Made by a program: the position numbers and the translations under genes
NCBI GenBank assembly: GCA_951406725.2
Contig: OX597820.1
Span: forward strand, 24,242,001 to 24,306,000
DNA length: 64,000 nt
Reading direction: 5' to 3'
DNA from: Octopus vulgaris
Lineage: Eukaryota
In this document: positions 54,041 through 64,000 of the stretch, piece by piece
Numbering within the stretch: position 1 is the stretch's first letter
Layout of the letters: every line of letters begins with the position of its first letter
Notes under the pieces: generated by a model
Databases searched by the model: none
What the model was told of the DNA's origin: nothing
Seen by the model: only the letters and a program-made list of their open reading frames with translations

Positions 54041-54460
54041 GGCGGCGAGCTGGCAGAAACGTTAGCACGCCGGGCGAAATTCTTAGCAGTATTTCGTCTG
54101 CTGTTACGTTCTGAGTTCAAATTCCGCCGAGGTCGACTTTGCCTTTCATCCTTTCGGAGTCGATAAAATAAGTACCAGATACGCACTGGGGTTGATATAA
54201 TCGATTTAATCCGTGTGTCTGTCCTTGTTTGTCCTCTCTGTGTTCAGCCCCTTGTGGGTAGTAAAGAAATAGGTATTTCGTCCATCTTTACGTTCTGAGT
54301 TCAAATTCCACCGTGGTCTACTTTGCCTTTCTTACTTTCGGGGTCGATAAATTAAGTACCAGTTACGCACTGGGGTCGATGTAATCAACTTAATGTCCTT
54401 GTTTGTCTGTCCTTGTTTTTCTCCTCTATGTTTAACCCCTTGTGGGTAATAAAGAAACAG
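54041..54460 (+). mobile_element. SINE family A tandem dimer
   Basis: Full head unit followed by a second unit beginning at GGTATTTCG. Confidence 0.92.
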
Positions 54461-55140
54461 GTATGTATATACGATAGAGAAATTGGTACCTCCATTTCTG
54501 AGTTTGAAATTTCGTTAAAGTCATTCATGGCTTAATAACCTCGGAGGGCATATAAAACAACAAAATAAGAACCCAGCAAACAGACTGCAGACCGATCTAG
54601 TATACTAAAAGTTCGCCCAACGAAAATGTCTCATGTACCAAAGGAACAAAAGCAAAAGGTCTCCAGAGACTCATTATGGCAATCAAAACTCAAACATGGT
54701 TTTCTGTTGCATTTTGGGATAACTTGAATATTCATATAATCAGTTTTAATTTCCGTTTTGGTTTTTTTTTTTTCCATTGTTTCGTTTGAGAGTATCATAA
54801 TAGTGGTGGAGGTGGCAATGTTGTTGATCTCATGACCTATATTACGATTGAACCGAAATTATTAACCATGATGCCACGCAAGTTAGAGAATTCATTATAA
54901 AAGATGGGTGAAATGTTATAAACTCTTTGATGTTACTGCTTAAGGGAATTAGAATTATTTTGACAGTACAAAATGGTACATACAAGCATGTATTGACAAC
55001 TGCACACGTATGCATACATACATACATATATACATACATACATATATACATACATACATACATACATACATACGTATATACATACATGCATACAAACATA
55101 TATATATTTATAGATACATGCATATATTCATACATACACA

Positions 55141-55229
<89 letters not shown>

Positions 55230-55271
55230 GTCTGTCTGTCTGTCTGTCTGCATGCCTGTGTCTCTGCATGC

Positions 55272-55309
<38 letters not shown>

Positions 55310-55314
55310 GGTTG

Positions 55315-55375
<61 letters not shown>

Positions 55376-55817
55376 TTATCTACATACAAAAAAAAACCAT
55401 ACACTCGCATACATATGAACTGATACATATACAAAACCGATCACATGTATACATAGACGAGGTGATAAACAATCACCCCACTCCTAGTAGCAAAGCTAAA
55501 TAAATAAAAAAAATTCCATCTATTCTCTGACATATTAAAAAACGCTTTTAAAAACATGGGCGGCTTACTGGCGACGTTCATGATATTTACTATTTTATAG
55601 CATGCACCCACAAACATACACGCACACAGGCACAGACACACACATACATACATACACAATACACACACACACGCGTTTTCTATTTTGATTTTTTTTTCAG
55701 TTGGTTTCAGTTATGACATCCAATATGAGTGTTTTCCTCAGAAGCGAGCCAGCAGGCTGGTGTCCATCGTTGCCTTTATTTTAGACTGAATCACATTCTC
55801 TCATTTTCGATCCCACA

Positions 55818-56104
<287 letters not shown>

Positions 56105-56566
56105 CACCCCACCTCTCTCTCTGTTTCCTGCTATTAAAAGAATTCTTCAAAGAATAAATAACAAACAAATCACAACTTCAACTTTTCTCATTCTACTTTG
56201 CTAAGAGTGCTTTCATGTCGTGCGCAAATATAATGATGCACTTTAGATTTTATACCACGGACTTATATCAAACTGGGTTTAAATATCAAATACGCATGTA
56301 TTTTGATATATCCCTCCCAAAAACAACACAAAACAAAACAAATTGTTATATTTATCAAATTTTTACTTTTTGTGTTAAAGATAAACACTTGTTTGCTTCA
56401 CACACTCTAGTCGAGTGAATTGCTGGAATACACACACACAAACACACACAAACACACACAACACACACATATACATATAAAAGATGGAGGTGAAAATAGC
56501 ACAGAAGTAAATCATTTCAATTTAAGAAGGAATTTAATAAAATGATTTTAAAACTAAATAAAGAAA

Positions 56567-56602
56567 ATATTACCGGTTTCAATGATAAATCTCATCAAAT
56601 AT
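56567..56602 (-). ncRNA. Degenerate minimal hammerhead
   Basis: ATAT-TTGATGA-G..T-GAAA-CCGG-TA-ATAT; palindromic ACCGGT stem III, weak stem II. Confidence 0.45.
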
Positions 56603-57142
56603 CAGTAAAAAATTATAAAAATTTGAAGTAAAAACTGTCTGGGGGTCAAAAACATGTCTGGATATTTTCGTTGCAGTCTTCTTTAAATATAGTTTGGTAT
56701 AGAGATCAAGATGTTGGAGAGAAAGATAGGGAATGTAGTTGTCTATTGTCTAAAAGAAATCGTTGTGGGTTCTGGCCAAAGGAGTGGCTTAAAAACATTC
56801 ATTGAATGAGTTTTATGTCCATCTGTAGATATATACATTTGCATAAACAGATATATACATTTGCATAAATAATGTTTATCGTCACATCAATATGGTTATT
56901 CAATGTTACTAACCATTTTAGCCCCAGGCAGATCTTCCGCCTGCTGATTATAAACATTACTTGTCGTGTAGTTACTATTTTCATCTCTTATTGAGCTTTT
57001 CTAACTAGCTACCTTACATTCATACATTTCCACATACATTGATGCATACATACACACATACATACATACATACATACATACATACATACATACATACATA
57101 CATACATACATACACGCATACACGCATACATACATACATACA

Positions 57143-57211
<69 letters not shown>

Positions 57212-57314
57212 ACGTATGGAGAAAGAGAGATAGATAGATAAAGAGAGAGATATGGAAGGAAAAAAAGAGAGAGAAACAGGGTGGGTGAGAGAGACAGAGG
57301 AAGAGAGAGAGAGG

Positions 57315-57345
<31 letters not shown>

Positions 57346-57543
57346 CGAGACAGAGAAAGAGAGAAGGTGGGATTGTATCGTAGTGTAAAACTCTTGTTAA
57401 ACCAAGACTTCGATGTCATTTACAAGTGAAAGCGGAGGCGATTTTAATTTACTTTCGTCGTTAATACACTTGAGAAAAGTATGGATGCCTCAACTACCTA
57501 TAATCGTTGTAATCATCGAATTTTCCTGTTGAGTAAAGCTCAC

Positions 57544-57762
57544 ACTTGTTTGTTATTACGGTTGTTGTTGCTGTGGAATCTAATGTTATCCGTCATCGAT
57601 TTCCTATATGCTACGTTGATAGCTAATCGACCGAACAGGTATGAGCCGTAAATTCCGTACTCTGGATCTCCTGGCATAGGACAGTACTGAGGTCTCTCAA
57701 ATGCATATTTGTTAGGGTCACATGGTTCCGGTTTCATACACTCGTCTTCGTTTTTTGTTTTT
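57544..57762 (-). CDS. Candidate coding exon (KTKNEDECMKPEPCDPNKYAFERPQYCPMPGDPEYGIYGSYLFGRLAINVAY..)
   Basis: Complex non-repetitive 72-codon frame with atttatAG acceptor and possible GTGAGC donor (or stop at 57540); product not recognised. Confidence 0.42.
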
Positions 57763-58092
57763 CTATAAATTTCAACAATATATATATATATATATATATA
57801 TAATTATTATTATTTGAGGGAATAAAATCCAAACTTACAAGGAAAAAGAATTCAATTTAGAAATACTACATCAAATTCCACACAATAGATTAAATATATA
57901 AAAAAATATTAGAAAAAAAAACACCTTTTATCAATTCAAAATGAATAATTAAATTACACCATCTAGAAAATTACATATAATAGAAAAGTTAAAATTAAAA
58001 TAACAATAAAAAGTAAAGATTAAGTAAATTACAAAAATAATAAAAATGTATATAATAGGTAGGAAACATATATATATATATATATATATATA

Positions 58093-58157
<65 letters not shown>

Positions 58158-58447
58158 TACATATACATGCGTCCCTCCCTCCACACGCATATATGTATAT
58201 GAGTTTTAGTCTATTGTCAGATGATGAAGTGTCAACGTGTGTTGAGAAGGCGGGTCGTACACTGCGCGTCTGTGTTCAGTGCAAGAGTCCACGGGTGGAA
58301 GAAGGGATGATGACAGCTAGTGGTTATATCCTTGTTCGGGAGGTGAGGATATTAGAGAAATATCATATATGCGCATACATACATACATACATACATACAT
58401 ACATACATACATACATACATACATACATACATACATACATACATACA

Positions 58448-58966
58448 AGAGAAACTGTGTACAATCCTGGAAATCAGCTGTACACAGGATGTAAACATAA
58501 AGCTAAAGATGAGGTAAAAAGAGAACATCTACGCTGAGCTATTGAGGAATCTACAGCTACTCTATCCAGATTACAAGTTCAGGTATATACTTGTAATTAT
58601 TGTGGCACTGGGATATTGTAACACACTGCCTAAATGCGAATCTCGGGAAATTAGGCTTCTCAAAACAGCAAAGGAGAAAGTTGATTCGAAGACTACAGAT
58701 CTAAGCCATCACTGGAACTGTAAAAATCTGTAAAACTTTCCAGAAGTTTATCATTTAAGTATATATGAGCATGTCTAAGGATGCAAATATATGCATAAAA
58801 CAAACATACAAATCTGTACATATAAGAAAGTAAAGAAATAAATACATACATACATGCAAAAATACCTTGTTAATGTTGGAATTCCATTGAAGGAGATTTG
58901 GATTTAGGTTAGAAACCGGCTCTTTCTCTCTATTGGCAAGAAATCTTGAAATAAAAATGAATAATG
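58448..58966 (+). mobile_element. RLE-type LINE 3' fragment embedded in (ACAT)n
   Basis: LRNLQLLYPDYKFRYILVIIVALGY..ITGTVKICKTF plus 3' UTR; (ACAT)n on both sides. Confidence 0.78.
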
Positions 58967-59077
58967 ACATACATACATACATACATACATACATACATAC
59001 ATACATACATACATACATACATACATACATACATACATACATACACAGAACGTTACTTATTAAGTTATAAAGCTCGT

Positions 59078-59140
59078 TTTCACTCGCACTTGTTTCGCTT
59101 GACATCCTGTTCGATCTGTGGAATAAGCCTTCGGGTGAAA
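59078..59140 (-). ncRNA. Decayed hammerhead-like relic
   Basis: TTTCAC-CCGAAG-GCTT..AAGC-GAAACAAGTGCGA-GTGAAA; stems I and II pair but the core is damaged. Confidence 0.3.
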
Positions 59141-59674
59141 CTTTAAGTCTCAATGAAAAGCAATTTTATTATAAAGCTAAGACGACTTATAATATTGCAT
59201 TCCTCCTCAATAAATGTTCCGTTATATTTCTTAAAATTCTAATATACATATAACATCAATCCCCAACTAAATGTTTACTCATACATATATATGCATATAC
59301 ATTTGAATGCACACAGACATATACTTACATGAATATTCATATACATATATATATATATATATATTACATCTATACGCTCGTACACGCATGTATCCTATGT
59401 ATATGTACCGGTGTACAGAACATATTTATGCATTATTCACACGCACTAAGGCAGCGAGCTGACAGAGATGTTAGCACGCTGGGCGAAATGTTTAGCGGTG
59501 TTTCCTTTGTCTTTACGTTCTGAGTTCAAATTCCGCCGAGGTCGACTTTTTTCGGGGTCAATAAATTAAGTACCAGTTACTTACTGAGGTCGTTTTAATT
59601 GACTGGACCCCTACCGCCAAATTTCGGGCCTTGTGCCAAGAGTAGAATAGACTATTCTAGACTATAAACACATA

Positions 59675-59707
<33 letters not shown>

Positions 59708-59748
59708 GCATACACGCAACGTTATATACAGGTATACTTATCTCTTTC

Positions 59749-59826
<78 letters not shown>

Positions 59827-59881
59827 CTGTACATGTACGCATATGCACATACACACACACACACATGAACACATACATACG

Positions 59882-59914
<33 letters not shown>

Positions 59915-60037
59915 ATGTATACATTTCCTTCAAGGTTCAAGGTGCAAATGCACACATCCTCAATCACATATGCCTTGTTGCATAAATATCATTTACAGTG
60001 AGTGTGTGTGTGTGTGTTTGTGTAAGAGAGGGAGAGA

Positions 60038-60075
<38 letters not shown>

Positions 60076-60364
60076 ATGCAGATATATAAATATATAAATA
60101 TTTCTGCATTGCTACATTTAATCACACATAAGCATTTGTGCATCACTGCACATACATACGAGTTTCTGCATTGAAGCAGTTGAGACATAAACAACCACTG
60201 CCGCAATTCTGCATGTGTGCATGGATAACAAATGCAGAATCGCATCAAGGTTACTGGTGCACAAGTGAATAGCGAATATATACATGCAGCGAATACATGT
60301 AGACAGAGAAGCAAACAAAAGCGTTTATATAAATGCGAGGTAGTCACCCCATCACTGTCTATAT

Positions 60365-60396
60365 CGCCACCACCACCTCCACCACCACCGCCGCTG

Positions 60397-60455
<59 letters not shown>

Positions 60456-60470
60456 GCTACTGCTGCTGCA

Positions 60471-60526
<56 letters not shown>

Positions 60527-60573
60527 CACCGCCACCAGTACTACTACTACTAGTACTACTACTACTAGTGCTG

Positions 60574-60610
<37 letters not shown>

Positions 60611-60612
60611 CA
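60365..60612. repeat. (CTA)n/(CCA)n compound microsatellite
   Basis: Direct trinucleotide repeats. Confidence 0.95.
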
Positions 60613-60653
60613 CAAGGGCAACATCTACAACTATCACCTCAACCAGAGTGATG

Positions 60654-60890
60654 ATTTCTTATTTCTTTACTACCCACAAGGGGCTAAACACAGAAGGGAC
60701 AAACAAGGACAGACAAACGGATTAAGTCGATTATATCGACCGCAGTAAGTAACTGGTACTTAATTTATCCACCCCGAAAGGATGAAAGTCAAAGTCGACC
60801 TCGGCGGAATTTGAACTCAGAACGTAATAGCAGACGAAATACGGCTACGCATTTCGCCCGGCGTGCTAACGTTTCTGCCAGCTCACCGCC
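60654..60890 (-). mobile_element. SINE family A, full length
   Basis: Head, central domain and Tx1-like tail present. Confidence 0.92.
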
Positions 60891-61106
60891 AGAATGATCA
60901 TTTCTCACACAGATGACCGCAGTTATTTGTAGGAGCGGGAGAGTAAGGGATACAGTTGATTCTCTCGACGTCAATGTCTGATTGGCATTTTGTTGATTTC
61001 ATAGTTGACTGCTCTCAGAATATTAAAGGTTGAGTTAGATTCTAGTAGGACTTGAAATCAGAACCTAAAGAGAGATAGTGCAAATAAATTGCCCCAAAGT
61101 TTTCTT

Positions 61107-61283
61107 GGAGTGGCTGTGTGGTAAGTAACTTGCTTACTAACCACATGGTTCCGGGTTCAGTCCCACTGCGTGGCACCTTGAGAAAGTGTCTTCTTCTATA
61201 GCCTCGGGCCGACCAAAGCCTTGTGAGTGGATTTGGTAGACGGAAACTGAAAGAAGCCCGTCGTATGTATGTATGTATGTATG

Positions 61284-61324
<41 letters not shown>

Positions 61325-61525
61325 ATGCGTGTGTATATGTTTGTGTGTCTTTGTTTGTCCCACCAACATCGCTTGACAACCGATGCTGGTGTGTTTACGT
61401 CCCCGTAACTTAGCGGTTCGGCAAAAGAGGACGATAGAATAAGTCCTGGGGTTGATTTGCTCGACTAAAGGTGGTGCTCCAGCATGGCCACAATCAAATG
61501 ACTGAAACAAGTAAAAGAGTAAAAA
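61107..61525 (+). mobile_element. SINE family B
   Basis: Near full-length copy. Confidence 0.92.
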
Positions 61526-61649
61526 AGAGAGAGAGAGAGCTCAAACATTGCAATAGATGAAATAGGTTCAAAACCCCATGAACTTTTCAATATCGAGTCG
61601 AAAAGCATAGAGATCTATTAAGTTAGTCAAAGAACACTGATTATTTTTA

Positions 61650-61950
61650 TTTATTTATTTATTCAATTACTTGTTGGGTCTGGAGGAAAAGGCTTTGCGC
61701 ATGGTCATTGCAGGCCCTCCGAGAGGGGAGGAGATTGATGCGGTTAATGTTCCGTTGAATCTGTTGCAAGTCGGCACCATGAGAAAACACATGAGCAAGG
61801 CGGAGATTCCAGAGGGAACAACGTCCCGGGAAGGAAGGAATGGGAGTAATGGTTAGTAGTGGGACTGAAGAGTAGGTGTTGTATATAAGAGTGATGATAC
61901 GAAGAGACTTGTGCATTGGGAGCATACGAATAGCGGAACAAGGGCAGGCA
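61650..61950 (-). mobile_element. CR1/L2-group LINE extreme 3' fragment
   Basis: SFPGRCSLWNL..VFSHGADLQQIQRNINRINL resembles the SFF.R...WN.LP..F...L..FK end; (AAAT)n tail. Confidence 0.65.
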
Positions 61951-62098
61951 ACTTTGATAAAATAGAGATCATTAGACTAGCAGTAGAAGAAGCAAAATGA
62001 GAACACACACCTATGCACACTTATGGAACAAAGACTGGGTACTTGCCTAAACTCTGGCAGATAACACATAGGTAAATCGCGGTCTCAAACTCACTCAC

Positions 62099-62176
62099 CA
62101 AAAGAATAAGTGCAAAAAGGAAAGGCAACAGTAGCAACAATGAATGCAGTCCCACCTGTAGACGTGGTAGTTGTAG
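62099..62176 (-). CDS. Candidate 78-nt symmetric exon (hydrophobic in all three open frames)
   Basis: ttctttttcaaatttcAG|78 nt|GTGAGT consensus sites. Confidence 0.45.
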
Positions 62177-62369
62177 CTGAAATTTGAAAAAGAATAAATA
62201 TAGGAATAGAGATGGATGTGTGGATAAGAAATTTGATTCGTAATCTGTAGGTAATCATCTGTTTGATCCAATAGCAGGTACCTTTCACAAATGTTCTCTG
62301 AATGTTGTCTCGCGTTGACCAATACGATGTCGATAGAATTTCGTGGACAGAAACTGCAAAATTGCATCG

Positions 62370-62444
<75 letters not shown>

Positions 62445-62731
62445 GCCTTTCTGTCTGTCTGTCTGTCTGTCTGTCTGCCTGTCTGTCTACATTGCGTGTG
62501 CGCGATCGCGTGTAAGTATATCTCTCTATGCGTGTAACGTTATATTTCACGAACTCTACATATTCTTTCTTCTATTTGAAAAGAGGAAACTTTTCCCGAA
62601 ATATTATAAGATCTTAAAACAAACTATGTAAGGCAATACATTATCACTTTCTGTACGTTTTTTTTTCACTGACATCACCATACATATGTTGTCTAACCTC
62701 TCACCTGCATTGTTCAGGTGGATAACAACAC

Positions 62732-62768
<37 letters not shown>

Positions 62769-62912
62769 GCTCTCTCGCTCTATATATGTGTGTATGAGTG
62801 TGTGTGTGTACGCACATAAGTTACATACACAGTGACATAATACATGCTCATATATATTTGTATATATATATATATATTTATATATGTATGTATATGTATA
62901 TATACACACTCA

Positions 62913-62966
<54 letters not shown>

Positions 62967-63755
62967 AGGAAAGAGCTCTTTTATAGCCCAAAATAACAGC
63001 AATTTGGAGGAAAACATAAATATATCGTGTATTCTTTGCAAATAAATAGCATTGAAATCTTCTGAATTGTTGATTTCCTAGTCTAACTGTTACGCATTTC
63101 TGATATATATATATATGAATACATAGATATATATACTTCTACGTCTATATATATGTATATACGAACACAGACACTCATATATGTTTAGAAAGTGCGTGTG
63201 TGTGTAATATTGTTCATATCTATTCGAAGTCAGTCATGTGAACAAATTTACAGATGCTTTCTCTGATGCACCAGTGCACACTTGAGCAATTTAGACAAAC
63301 ATGCACAGATGCATAATGAAAGACTGTGCACATACGGTCGATTCACCTGCAAGAAATAACATGCTATAGTTGTTTCAATATAAAATAAAATGTTATGGAA
63401 TAACGTAAAATATAACGGATGTAAAACGGAAATAATGTAGACAGTTCAGGCATGGATGAAGAAAAAGACGATATAGTCGCGACTGGAGCATGTTAATCGT
63501 AAGCTATTCAACCAGTACTGACCCGAGACAGACACCACTACCACTACCACCGTCGACATTACCATCATTCACACTACTAACACCGCCCCACCGTATCGCC
63601 AATATACCATCACAACCACCACCACCACTATCACAACTACCAGCACTGCCATTACTATCACTTCCAATAATACAAATGCCATTACGACGATGACAGCGAA
63701 AATAAATGTTTTACATAGACATACACATTCATGAACACTCAAGCATATATATGTA

Positions 63756-63801
<46 letters not shown>

Positions 63802-63899
63802 TGTATATACCTATATACGCACACATACATATCAATATATATATGTATGCATATATTTGTATACATATGTTTGTATATATGTATATATATATACATGTA

Positions 63900-63968
<69 letters not shown>

Positions 63969-64000
63969 GCACATGCAAACACCTGCTTGCTGACATAGAT

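Noticed and set aside
60232-60725. Poly-L/P or poly-T mucin-like ORFs
   Set aside because: (CTA)n/(CCA)n microsatellite running into a SINE.

Overview
AT-rich eukaryotic non-coding DNA, most likely from an octopus or related coleoid cephalopod (inferred from the SINE families and the extreme microsatellite load). It is not prokaryotic: there is no operon, CRISPR array or long host ORF, and nearly all listed ORFs are microsatellite translations. The window is a mosaic of about 4 tRNA-derived SINE families, 5'-truncated LINEs (RTE, CR1-like, Tx1/L1-like, R4/Dong-like RLE), Penelope-like element (PLE) remnants, non-autonomous Helitrons, a deleted mariner, a MITE and a 5S rRNA fragment. The most notable signal is about a dozen minimal hammerhead-ribozyme motifs in PLE-type termini. 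Several of these have a compensatory U3-A8 core pair and palindromic stem III (dimer type). Other highlights: a SINE sharing its 3' tail with a Tx1-like LINE, an RTE insertion with a snap-back 5' end inside its TSD, retroelement families sorted by microsatellite type, several long fold-backs, a candidate recursive splice site, and minus-strand candidate exons, two of which loosely resemble a TGF-beta-family propeptide. All calls were made by eye; coordinates of degenerate repeats are approximate.
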